Below are positions 34,713 through 46,165 of a DNA stretch of 64,000 bases, piece after piece. Each line of letters opens with the position of its first letter. The stretch's first letter is position 1. The DNA is taken from NCBI GenBank assembly GCA_965644495.1, contig CBFFSA010000019.1, positions 1-64,000 on the forward strand. Direction: 5' to 3'. The stretch comes from Perkinsela sp. CCAP 1560/9. Lineage: Eukaryota; Protista; Euglenozoa: Kinetoplastea. The translations under genes were made by a program, and so were the position numbers. Under the pieces are notes generated by a model. It worked only from the letters and a program-made list of their open reading frames with translations. It ran no database searches and had not been told where the DNA came from.

Positions 34713-35318
34713 ATGGAAAACTCATATGTCTTGATGCAGACGGGTATGATGCCCCCACAGGTTACACAGAATGAGGTTTCTGACTGGAGGCTGTACGACA
34801 CCCTGAGAATTACAACATCAGTTGCAACCCGCGTGGAAAAGGAAATCACCGGTCAGACTGCTGTCGGTGAGCTCTCCGACTACGAAAAACTGATTATCAC
34901 CACTTCAGTCGGAACCCGCATGGGGGAGGACAGTATCGATCCAATCCCTGCTTCAGTGGCAAGAGGGTCGCTTGACGTTCACAAGGCTCCGCAACATAAC
35001 ACGCAAAGAAAATATGAAGATGTGAAAAAAAATCGACGTTTGTCAAGCAAAATCAAACGTCTTGAAACGAAGATAGAAAAAAACTGCAAAACTTTTGCGC
35101 TAGAGAACCTAGCAACTTTGCGAGAAGAGAACGTCATTTCAGCCAACACCAAAAAGAAATTAGAAGAGCGAAATAGGCTCATAGAAGCAGAGTGTGCTTC
35201 CAAGGCACTACATGAAAAGTATTTGTTGGAAGTCCTCGGAAAAATTCAAAAACAGTACATTTATACAAGCGCTAGCGAAACAAGTGAGAAAAAAAACTGT
35301 GAAGCGCGGGCGTACTAA
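34713..35318 (+). CDS. Unknown coiled-coil/basic ORF, probably transposon-associated
   Basis: 201-aa ORF between a TIR-like end (34404) and the Tc1-like ORF. Confidence 0.35.
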   Translation: MENSYVLMQTGMMPPQVTQNEVSDWRLYDTLRITTSVATRVEKEITGQTAVGELSDYEKLIITTSVGTRMGEDSIDPIPASVARGSLDVHKAPQHNTQRKYEDVKKNRRLSSKIKRLETKIEKNCKTFALENLATLREENVISANTKKKLEERNRLIEAECASKALHEKYLLEVLGKIQKQYIYTSASETSEKKNCEARAY

Positions 35319-35514
35319 AAAGACCAAGAGAGGACTCAAACCGCGCGATACCTCCACTTTGATTGTTCAGAAAGGAGCAAAAGGTAAGGGCTCCTTGAGC
35401 AAAGAGGGGATATCGAATTTTAAAGCCTTGCTTTAAAATATAGGTAACACCTATATTTTACAAGGCTTTTTACACCTTTCCAAGTTCGATTTAAACTGAT
35501 GTACCAGAGAGCTG

Positions 35515-36351
35515 TTGGTTGATGAAACGGAAATAGTATATACTACTATACTATTATGTAGTATGTATTATGTATATAGTACACCTGGAGTTTTTCAGCG
35601 TTGGCAACTGGCCTACATGTTTAATTTGGAGAAAACGACATGTCCAAGGGTTTGGTTTAGCGACTACGACTCAGGTTCTCTTAAATCTGAAAACAGCCCT
35701 ATTGGCAAATGGGAAAACCTGGAAAAAGCAGAAAGTCTTCTACCTAAAGCGTTGAGCGAAACACGCTCTTTGTCCTTAAATGACATCGGTGACGCGTACA
35801 GCCACATCACCCATGGTACTCTTGTTCCCTCGCGTCACAGGCCCTGCCAACTTCTGACTAACAATGGATACTCATATTCAATGAAGAAGAGAGATCTGTG
35901 TCTCACGCAGCGGCAAAAAGAGTACCGGATCAAATTTGTCGAGGTGATGCTCAGGCAAGACTCGACCTTACTCGACCGTTTGGTTTTCTCTGACGAAACA
36001 CCAATTTTAGCAGGAGATCTGAGCAAGAAGGCATGGCAGCACCCTGATGCTCCCGTCTTTATGGATCGCCCTGTCGTCTTTATGGATGATGGAGCCCCTG
36101 GGCATCGAGCGAAGGATACGATGCAGTGGTGGCAAGCTCGCGGGGATCTTACCGTGCTACGCTCACTGCAAGCAGAGGAAGATGGACCTTTTCTTCGTTG
36201 GCCAGCGGACTCCCCTGATCTCAACCCGATAGAGAATCTTTGGGACGCAGTAAAGCGCTTCAAAAATAAGAAGCGGCCACGAACCAGGCAAGAAAGCGAA
36301 GTGCGCCAAACTCCACGCGTCATTTCAAAAGCGACTCAGAATGGTTATTGA
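35515..36351 (+). mobile_element. IS630/Tc1-like transposase with long D-E spacing, internally deleted
   Basis: LVFSDET, VFMDDGAPGH and WPADSPDLNPIENLW. Confidence 0.85.
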
Positions 36352-36484
36352 GTATAAAGGTGAGAAGATACCTTTTTGAAATTATAGAGAATTATAGAGA
36401 GAGGCGGTGCGGGCGTTTTGTAAGTTCGTTCGAGTCGGAGCTTATCTTAGCGTCGCGTGGAAACACTAAACCTGTGATGAAGAT

Positions 36485-36796
36485 TTTGCTTGGTCTGGGT
36501 AGGTCGTGCGTGAGGGGCCGGCGTACCTAATTAGCTTAGGTCGGGTCAATAAGGGGAATCTGTTAGCGGAGAAAAAATCCTTCTCTGATCCACTTTGCGT
36601 TTGGTACGTGGCAAGGCCACGAACGACCTTACCCTTTCCTTTTGCTTGGTCTGGGTAGGTCGTGCGTGAGGGGCCGGCGTACCTAATTAGCTTAGGTCGG
36701 GTCAATAAGGGGAATCTGTTAACGGAGAAAGAATCCTTATCCGATGCACTTTGCGTTTGGTACGTGGCGAGGCCACGAACGACCCTATCCTTTCCC
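36485..36796. repeat. Tandem dimer of a ~156-bp self-complementary unit
   Basis: Units are 36485-36640 and 36641-36796. The ends GGGTAGGTCGTGCGTG / CACGAACGACCTTACCC pair. Confidence 0.85.
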
Positions 36797-36989
36797 TCTA
36801 TTCGCCACACAGGTGTAATTCTCTGCGCGATGCACTTGAGTAGCACCCGCCACCGTCCTTGGTTACCGGACGTGTATACGCACATGTTTTATTCAGTTGA
36901 CATTGTTTTTCTCTTGTACTTTACTTACTTGTAGGTTCATGTTACACAAATAGCAGTCATTTAGATGGAGGCACAGGAGTAGGAAATCT

Positions 36990-37018
36990 ACTCAAACGAT
37001 AAAGATACCGTTTCTGTA
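36990..37018 (+). other. Degenerate SL-like remnant
   Basis: ACTCAAACGATAAAGATACCGTTTCTGTA, followed shortly by GGTAC. Confidence 0.65.
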
Positions 37019-38599
37019 AAAAGGTACCTTCTTCGAATGTTGGACACAACCCCGTAATGGGGAAGTAAGTTCGGAACCTCTTCCTGGTTCTAACAACATT
37101 CATCAAAAGGCTGTTTTCCTGTGTGGGATGACGATGCTAGTTGTAAATTACATTCTTGCATTGTAAACCACCCCTTCCTCTGTGCAACCACTATCAACAA
37201 AGTGAAAAATTGGTTATGCCAAAAAAAATGTCACTTTGCGGGAAAATTGAAAGTTACGCCCCCTCGCAAACGAGTACAATGGGGTTGTCATGGAAAAAAA
37301 GATTTTCCTGAATAGAACTCTTCCTAGAAACGCCGAATAACCACTTTTTACACAGTTTCAATCATTTTTTCGAGGTACATAATACCGGGCAAAACAGGGT
37401 GAACGGGGGTGTAATTGAATCGCTAAGCATCTCGGGGAACAGCTACCGAAACAGCTGCCTGAGTCATGAACGAGACAGCTATCTAGGGGACCGAGCTAGA
37501 AAATAACTACTCCTTGAGTATCTAACTAGCAATTGAATTGATAAGACGAACTAAAATTTACTATACACTGTAAAAGTAACTGACTCAGAACCAACCAACT
37601 GACTCAGTAAGGTTTCTAAATGATGAGCGCACTTGCGGGTTAACGTACTAGTCGGATACTTTTACTAGTAATTTACTATTGGACTTATTACATGTATGTG
37701 GCTATCTGGTGACTCAAATCACTCACACACTCACTCACTTATCAATTGCTTATTCCTGGATCTCACTCGATACGCAAGAGGGTACGCAGCAAACGATAAC
37801 ATGTAGAGATTTTTATGATAAAAAATACGCCATCTATGATAATGCACGATCTGCATGAAATACAATGTATGAAGAATATATGAAAATAAAAATCCAAATA
37901 TACGTCCTAACTATACGATACCCAACGAGGGTTCTACTGACCTAGGGTGCATCCGACCTCCGTCCCGACAGGAAGTGCGCATAACGTTCCCTATGGGGTA
38001 GTAATGCATTACTTCCTTTCGTGCGCTGCGGTCTCCTTTAACCCTGCCGGACAAAGCCTAGGTCGGGACAAAGCCTAGGTCACCTCCCCCCCTTGTTTTT
38101 ATCTACATACGTTTTAATTGCAACATCGTCAGAAAGCGTTAAATTGCACATCATAGCATCACGTTACCTCGATCATCCTTCCATCACCTTTCCATCATAC
38201 CATTTCTCAGGTATGTGGCTCCGGGCTTTGGACCGGAATTGCAGGGTTAAAGGAGACCACAGCGCACGAAAGGAAGTCGTCGTCGCTGCGGCAAAACGTC
38301 AGAAGGCTCTGCCTTCTGCTTTTTGCCTTGCGCCTCCTCCTTCCTCTGCGGTCTTTCGTATCCCACACTTCAAGTTGAAAAAAGCATGTGGCAAATTGGG
38401 GTTTGCAAATCGCCTCCAAAGAAGGGGGTCTCGAGTGGCCCAAAAGGTGCGTTTTTATTTCCTAAAGCTATCTATTTATGGTGATGCCTTTGGTTCTTTG
38501 TGAAAAAAACTTTTTCCGGAAAAAAAAAATCGGTCCAAATATCGGGCCAAATTTTATTAATATAGGATAGCGAGGGAGGAGTATCTCCCTCAAAAATAT

Positions 38600-39048
38600 A
38601 TAAAAGGGGCTCCGGTGGTTCAAACAATATTTTCAAACAAATTCGGACCATGGGTCCATGGGGGGATCCAGGGTAGAGGGGGGGTTCAGGGTAGAGTATG
38701 CCGCGGCGATAATTTCCCACTCCCCCACCTGGGGGTGACCCCCCCCTGGTACGCGCAGGAGGGGTCCGGCACGGTCAAAATTTCCAGATCCAAATTATTT
38801 CTCCGAAAAGGACTCCTAAAACGTGTTTTAGGAGTTTGTGGCCCCAGCTACCATTCTACGACGTTTTTTTCGTCAGATTTTTCGCCTAAAGATCGAACTT
38901 TTTCACCCGAAAAAATAGATTATTCATGACCTTTTGGCAATTTTACTTTTTTAGGCTTTTCGTTAAACGCGGAGGTAGTTTTCAACGCGAAGCGAGCAGC
39001 ATGAGTGACTTCTAAATTGAAAACAACCACCGCGTTTAACGAAGAGCC
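38600..39048 (+). mobile_element. Family A-B element, partial copy
   Basis: GGGGCTCCGGTGG internal motif and the terminal hairpin. Confidence 0.7.
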
Positions 39049-39135
39049 TCAAAACGAAATTGATACTACATATTTTGACAGGGCAATATTCTTATTTTTA
39101 TCACTTAACTACTTTGTGAAATTTACTTGCGGTAA

Positions 39136-39894
39136 ATGTACGGTACCTATTGCATCGACGACGGATCCGATTTACGTCGAGGCAAAGTGACCTCTCTGCT
39201 ACTGCCCCAGGAGGATATGCTTGAACGTCTAATTTCAAACCTAACTGAAAAGCATAAATCCTGGCGTACGACGAAGAGGAATATTTTTGGGAACGTCAAG
39301 CGTTTATCGGCATGCCAATGGCGAGGCGTTACGTGTGATGAGGATCAAACAGTGAGCCTAATAGATTGGTCTTCAAAGAACCTTTCGGGCACCTTACAGT
39401 GGGAATTCTTACCTTATACGTTGCAACATTGTAACCTTTACTGTAACAAGCTAGGTGGGTCACCTAAACTTGATGCGCTGCCATCACGACTTACTTATTT
39501 AAGCATTTCGATCAACCATTTTACCGGTGAGTTAAACTTAACCCAATTGCCAAACACATTGTCTACACTTGGGTTGAATAACAACCAATTTGAAGGGAAT
39601 GTTGATCTTACGAATCTCTGTTCTGGGATGAAATGTTTACGTCTTCAAGGAAACCGACTTTGCGGTGCCGTCGATCTTTCTTACTTGCCAAAGAATTTGC
39701 AACGCTTAGATTTATCCAGGAACAGATTATCCGGGTTAGTGATGTTTGACCGTCTTCCTCCAAACTTGTTATGTCTGTATGTAGACAAAAACGAGGATCT
39801 TTATGGCGAAATTGACAAGTCGGTTCTTCCTAAGACTTTACAACCTATTGAGTTCCTGGATACAAACATTAAATACAGTATAAATGCAGTATAA
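39136..39894 (+). CDS. LRR protein (subfamily 2), 252 aa
   Basis: Leader, Cys N-cap and LRRs. One repeat shorter than the 62979 copy. Confidence 0.93.
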   Translation: MYGTYCIDDGSDLRRGKVTSLLLPQEDMLERLISNLTEKHKSWRTTKRNIFGNVKRLSACQWRGVTCDEDQTVSLIDWSSKNLSGTLQWEFLPYTLQHCNLYCNKLGGSPKLDALPSRLTYLSISINHFTGELNLTQLPNTLSTLGLNNNQFEGNVDLTNLCSGMKCLRLQGNRLCGAVDLSYLPKNLQRLDLSRNRLSGLVMFDRLPPNLLCLYVDKNEDLYGEIDKSVLPKTLQPIEFLDTNIKYSINAV

Positions 39895-40149
39895 GTAATT
39901 TATAAAATAGTAGTATAAGTACAGCTATAAAATGGCCGTTTTCACCTAAAAGATACTAGTGGTGCGCGCTATTTCGAGACTATTTGGACTATTAGTCTGT
40001 TCATTTACTTATTTATTGTCTACTAGATACAACGGGCGAAGTGAGATTTTTTTAGCGAATAGTAAGTATATCACTTCATAAGATGCCTTTCTGTACATTT
40101 TTCGTTCATAAAAAGCAGATATTACATTTTTTTCGAAAAGTGTGCAATC

Positions 40150-40440
40150 TTCCTTGAATTCCACCCTTCAAAGTAATAAACTTTCAGGCTTGATCCACAA
40201 CGTAAAGAACATTGTTCATTGAGAACTTTATCTACCCCGCCATCATCTACCAAGCCAAAGAACTTAGCGTCATCGATAGTGCGGCGAATTTCGGCTCAAA
40301 TTTTATCAGCAACTCGGTGTTCGCTTATGTGAAATTCGAGCGGACCACGCAACGTAACTAAAGCTTCAGAAAGATGCGTATCAATAGGAAATCCTTCAAA
40401 AAGGATCCTACACAAGCCAGAAACCTCTCGGCTGAATGCA
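40150..40440 (-). mobile_element. hAT-like transposase fragment
   Basis: KFFGLVDDGGVDKVLNEQCSL resembles the hAT/ZMYM motif 'FS...DE..D....EQ.s'. A TIR-like end at 40575-40643 matches 1140-1197 inverted. Confidence 0.4.
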
Positions 40441-40763
40441 GAGGTCGGCAAAACTACAAAAACTATTTTATAGTACTATCATAGTACTATTAACTTTGAA
40501 ACACGATAAAAAGGAAGAAGGATTTTTGAACAGATTTATGAAAAACGTGAAAATACCGAATTTTGCTTCAGTTTAGCCCCTTCTAGACAAAATGGTCCTA
40601 TTAAAGGCGGGGTCGTGCATAGCCTTATTGAATAGGGGGTAATATGTATCGAGATTGATATTCCAACCTTTTAGTTCGCTGGTGTGTCAGCGGACTGTGG
40701 TTTGTATCTCCCAATATGTTTTCTTGTTTCACAATACTTGATACTTACGTATGTACGTTTATA

Positions 40764-41663
40764 ATGCTTGCAACCTCACTTGCAATCCTTCTTCGTGTGG
40801 CAGATGACGAAAGTGGTGGACAAGGGTGTAAAAAGCGTCGAAAACTAAACGAGAGGATTTCTCCTGTGAATGTGAAAAATACCCCGCATAAAGTGCGAGG
40901 CGCCAACTTACCACAAGAATATGAACTCGCACGATTTATCCAAAACATTTCGAGTCCTGATTCTTCTTGGAACACTTCAACACCTGCGTGTGAGTGGCAA
41001 GGTGTGAAGTGTGACAAGGATTTACAGGTAACAAGTCTCCTGTGGAGCGCTACGGGTCTTGTCGGGTCATTACAATGGTCGTATCTATGCCATACTTTAC
41101 GTAAAATCGAGCTTTGGGAAAACGAGCTTACAGGCAATGTATCACTTCATATGTTACCACCTGAACTTGTGGACCACAACGCGTGCGTCAACACGTTTAC
41201 AGGGGAAGCCGATTTGGCAAATTTGCCAATGACACTGAAAGAACTCGTGTTGGAAGAAAATCAACTAAATGGGAGCATCGACCTCACTCATTTACCTGTA
41301 ACCTTGACAGATTTATGGCTTCGTGATAACCAATTTTCTGGGGACATTGATTTAGCGAACTTACCACCTAATTTAAAAATGCTCATGCTAGGGTACAACA
41401 GATTCACAGGACCGCTTGATCTGCAACATATACCCTCGTCGCTTCATTCGTTGGAGTGTCAGCACAACCTCTTCAGTGGTAAATTAGGTTTGGACCCGGT
41501 CCCTGAGAATTTGTCTTATATTCGACTGGACTACAATCCTGATCTGTACGGTGAAGTCGACAAATCAATTATTTCTCGTTTAAAATATGGATTCAACACT
41601 ATTCGCGCTCAAGGGACAAAGGTACGAGTAGAATTCTATATAAAAGGAAATTCGCCGCAATAA
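40764..41663 (+). CDS. LRR protein, divergent member with basic KKRRK patch
   Basis: HKVRGANLPQE leader, WNTSTPACEWQGVKC cap and LRRs. Start could be 40716. Confidence 0.92.
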   Translation: MLATSLAILLRVADDESGGQGCKKRRKLNERISPVNVKNTPHKVRGANLPQEYELARFIQNISSPDSSWNTSTPACEWQGVKCDKDLQVTSLLWSATGLVGSLQWSYLCHTLRKIELWENELTGNVSLHMLPPELVDHNACVNTFTGEADLANLPMTLKELVLEENQLNGSIDLTHLPVTLTDLWLRDNQFSGDIDLANLPPNLKMLMLGYNRFTGPLDLQHIPSSLHSLECQHNLFSGKLGLDPVPENLSYIRLDYNPDLYGEVDKSIISRLKYGFNTIRAQGTKVRVEFYIKGNSPQ

Positions 41664-43900
41664 TGAATCCAAATTTATGGTTATTGATTGTGGAGTTCTT
41701 CTTGTAAATGACATGAACTTCATGCTTTTGATTCAAACGTTTTGAGGATTGTTTTTTTTGTTAAAGTCAGGTAGTTAATCGGAGCCGGTTATCTCCGGAG
41801 AGGCACGTAGTATACTCCCCCGTTCACTCATTTCTATAAGCGTCTTCCATAAGTTTTTGAAAATTAATTTATGGAAGACCTACATCGCTTATGTTTACCA
41901 TAGCCCTACGTAGGTAATTGAGGGATCGGTGTACCGGATGCTTGGCCATAACGCGGGCAAAAAGATCCTTGGCCTCTTCGGCGCTACTCCATCCCGATAG
42001 AGTTCGACGAACTTTCTCAATTTTTTGCAGGCGCAGCGTGACAGTTATGGATTGGCCGTAGATACGGATTATAGGTGAAGTTCTGGGTCGGTCCTCCGTA
42101 CTTCAGACCAGCTAGAGTCGCAACTGGCCCTCATAACGCTCAATTTTGGCTGTCACGAAGCGTCACGCGCTGACTGCACAGTCACCTATGACGTCACTAA
42201 GTATTTGATCTGAATGCTGATTTGACGAAGTCCACTTCGTGCTGATTGTAGTGAAGCAGCTTGTACTTGCCAATGTGTGCAAAGAACCGTTCAACGCTGT
42301 TTCGGATCCTTCGAATGGTTCATCCACGTTGTCTCCTATCTCCTAACAGAAACAATGCGGCACGTTTCTGTACGCCTTCTCGACCATGATTCGTTCACCT
42401 TTTGCGTGCGGAAAGACAAGGAGTCTGAGTTGGCGAAGCATTCACTGTCGTGTATCCGCCCTTCGAATGGACTCTCACGCCAAAGGGTGGCCATCTATCA
42501 TTAACAAAACTTGGGAAGTCCAATATTTTGTCAAGTGCTTTCCGTTGTACAGCTCCTTAGGGCCTCGAGAGTACATGGGGACGCCATCTAGGATGCTTAA
42601 ATACGCTACAAATTCTGACTAGAGGACAGTTTAGCGTCGCTCCTTATCCGCGAGATTGCCGACAGTATCTGAAGCACGAAGCGCAGGACGTATGTGCAGT
42701 TCCCACACTGCAGAAGGAGAAAACTTTTCAGATCCCAGATAGGGCACTAAAATTGCAAGAGTCTGGGCATGAGCCACATTTATGTGTCATGGCCAACGCT
42801 CGAAAAACGGAAAAAACGTCGCAAGTTAGCCTTCTAGAACGCTCAACGGTAAATTCAACGGAATCATCAATCTCAAAATGTTTTAAATGGACATTCTCTT
42901 CAAGTTTCTCTACATGCGCCATGGCCTTAGTGGTTCCGTTGCGACTGTTTGTGATTTCACATTTTAGATCTTTGCTTCGCTCTCGGGTTCTTTCGGAATC
43001 TTCTACTGTGTTTCGCCGAAAGCGAAACTATTCTGAAACCACTTCGCTACGCGGAGTGTACTCCGCGTCATTAAAATGCATCAGCTCTATCTCACGTGAC
43101 TGTGAGCAGAACGAAGAATCGATCGGAACGTCGTATAAATTTTAAGATAACCACTTTACCGTATTGAGAATCTTTTAACTGTTACCTTCGATTGTTTATC
43201 AAGCGCTCTTTTGTAAGAGCACTATGACCGTGAAGAAGACTTGTTAGCTCATCGTGAACCCGCTTCATTGCATCTTGGCGAGCACTATTGAAACCTCGTA
43301 ATCGCTTTCTTTTGCGTCCCCCATGATTCACCGTTATTTGAATTTTTTTCCGCTTATTGTCTTAATGGAACGAATTGTTTTGCTTGATACTCCATAAGTT
43401 TTTGCTAGGTGTTTGACGGAATCACCTGATCGACAAATTGTAAGCTTTTGAATTATAGATAATTGTCCACGTTTATCAGGTTTTACAGAGGCAGCGTTTG
43501 AAGTCATTGGCGTTCTGGATTCCGGTACTATTGTTCCAGTTTCATCCGCCGAGATAGGGAATATGGGGTTCGCTAGTTGCCCTACATTTGGGAGCGAGGG
43601 ACCGGGAATTATCCACTCGCTAAGTGTCCCCGGCGCTCCCCAAAAGTGAATTGTCCAGCACGAACCCGCGCCATACCTCGAAGAGTCATGTGAAAAGAAT
43701 TGCTAATTTGATTGCTTGTTTTAAAATCATATGCGAAAAGAAAATATCAAAATTTTTAAGACGGAGCAAGAAAACAAAATTAAAATCTTCCTCATTTTGC
43801 CCGAAAAGAAAAGAACCTATAATTTATAGGTTCCCTTTATAATAAAGGGGGGGGGGGGGGCGAGGCTATTATAAACGGGGCGAGGGGGGTACAGTAAATA

Positions 43901-45079
43901 CAGGGGGGGCGCAGCTAAATCTGAAGGGGTCCAAATTCGTATAACTTGGCCAATTTTGGAATAGCGCATTCGAGAGCTCTCGCAAATCCCTCTGGTGGAA
44001 ACTAGGTCGTTTCCCGTACTTGTTCACATTTTATATAAAGGCAATCGGGTCAAAAACGCTAAATGCAAGATTTTTATGGAAATTCGACTTCTGGAAAAAA
44101 CCTAAAAAAAAACTTCACCTTAGTACCCGTAATGACCGCCATCCCTTTCTATGACAATGCGCATCCGGTTTAGCACACTCTTTATAGTGTTTTTTACATA
44201 ATTAACTTCATTAATCAGAAAGTAGTACGAAGCTTGAATAGCATCGTTTAATGGGTTGATGCCGGATTTGTGGGTATCCATCATGGACCACAAATTTTAA
44301 ATAGGTGTTATGTCCGGGGATTTTGCGGGCCAGTTTAGCATTCTGACCCCGTTCTAAGCGAAACACCGTCGTGCTTTGTTGTGAACAGTAGAGTTGTCCA
44401 TCACAACTACAGCAGCGCGATGCCGCTTTAAAAAAGAAGGAAACCCCCCGCGCTTCTCCATGGCCTCCTTGAAGTTGTCCCCTTTGATGTTACAATCCCC
44501 TTCAAAGATGTGAATAAGCATTCATACCGGAGGCTAACACCCATCCACACCATAATACCCTTCCCCCCTACCCAACGATCCATCCGAGGAGAAGAATATT
44601 TCATTGCGTCACCTTCACGACGAATGAATATTCGGTTCCCGCGACATACACGTGTAACTTAACCGTGTCTTCAGGTACACGAAAAGTACGGGCAGTCTCA
44701 GAAAAAGACCCTGTCTTGCCATAGTCCGCCACAAGAAGCATTCTGTGAGTGACTTTGGTCTGTCCGGGTGGTGAACCAGAGGTTTCCGAAAACTTTCCTC
44801 TGGAAGAAAGCGAATGCACTCTTCTTTGAGGCATGAACAATAAAAAAACTCACAAGCTTAGGGCAAAAAACACGAAAAATTATAAAAAACGCAATTTTTC
44901 CAAGTTGAAGTTCTGAAAGTTCGTATTTTTTTTATCAAAAAAGTAAGTTCTAAAACAACGGGAAACTATCTGATTTCCACCAGAGGGATTTGCGAGAACT
45001 CTCGAATGCGGTATTAGTTTCCAAAATTGGCCAAGTTATACGAATTTGAACCCCCCCCAGATTTACCTGCACCCCCCTG
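43901..45079 (-). mobile_element. Tc1/IS630 element with ~100-bp TIRs, TA TSD and decayed transposase
   Basis: TA|CAGGGGGGGCGCAG...CTGCACCCCCCTG|TA. Contains IMVWMGV, VVMDNSTVH and WPAKSPDITPI. Confidence 0.88.
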
Positions 45080-45144
45080 TATTTTAACAGGGGAATATTC
45101 TTGTTTTTATCACTTAACTACTTTGTGAAATTTACTTGCGGTAA

Positions 45145-45927
45145 ATGTACGGTACCTATTGCATCGACGACGGATCCGATTTACGTCGAGGCAAAGTGAC
45201 CTCTCTGCTACTGCCCCAGGAGGATATGCTTGAACGTCTAATTTCAAACCTAACTGAAAAGCATAAATCCTGGCGTACGACGAAGAGGAATATTTTTGGG
45301 AACGTCAAGCGTTTATCGGCCTGCCAATGGCGAGGCGTTACGTGTGATGAGGATCAAACAGTGAGCCAAATTGAATGGTTTTCAATGAAACTTTCTGGCA
45401 CCTTACAGTGGGAGTTCTTACCTTATACGTTGCAACATTGTAACCTTTACTGTAACAAGCTAGGCGGATCACCTAAACTTGATGCGTTGCCATCACGACT
45501 TACTTATTTAAGCATTTCGATCAACCATTTTACCGGTGAGTTAAACTTAACCCAATTGCCAAACACATTGTCTACACTTGGGTTGAATAACAACCAATTT
45601 GAAGGGAATGTTGATCTTACGAATCTCTGTTCTGGGATGAAATGTTTACGTCTTCAAGGTAATCAACTTTCCGGTGCCGTCGATCTTTCTCACTTGCCAA
45701 ATAATTTGCAACGCTTAGATTTATCCAGGAACAGGTTCTCCGGGTTAGTAATGTTTGACCGTCTTCCTCCAAACTTGTTATGTCTGTATGTAGACACAAA
45801 CGAGGATCTTTATGGCGAAATTGACAAGTCGGTTCTTCCTAAGGCGTTACAAACTATTGAGTTCCGGTATACAAACATTGAATACAATACAAATGCAGTA
45901 CAAAAGATTTATAAAATGGCAGTATAA
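45145..45927 (+). CDS. LRR protein (subfamily 2), 260 aa
   Basis: Near-identical to 39136-39894 apart from mosaic patches. Confidence 0.93.
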   Translation: MYGTYCIDDGSDLRRGKVTSLLLPQEDMLERLISNLTEKHKSWRTTKRNIFGNVKRLSACQWRGVTCDEDQTVSQIEWFSMKLSGTLQWEFLPYTLQHCNLYCNKLGGSPKLDALPSRLTYLSISINHFTGELNLTQLPNTLSTLGLNNNQFEGNVDLTNLCSGMKCLRLQGNQLSGAVDLSHLPNNLQRLDLSRNRFSGLVMFDRLPPNLLCLYVDTNEDLYGEIDKSVLPKALQTIEFRYTNIEYNTNAVQKIYKMAV

Positions 45928-46165
45928 ACACAGGTACAAAATAGCTGTTTTCACCTAACAAATACCAGTGCTGCGCGCTATTTCGAGACTATTTGGGCTA
46001 TTAATCTGTTCATTTATGCTGAATGAAACGCGCGAAGCGAGATTTGGAAGCTGTCATGTGATAATGCGTTTCCCGTATCCTTGGTGTAGCTTTCTATGCG
46101 AAAGGGGGTAAAGGCGACAACTACATCTAATACCGATATATAGCCCCATATATTACGATTGTATT

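Noticed and set aside
42000-43560. Possible hAT C-terminal remnant on the minus strand
   Set aside because: Motifs are too degraded to support a call.
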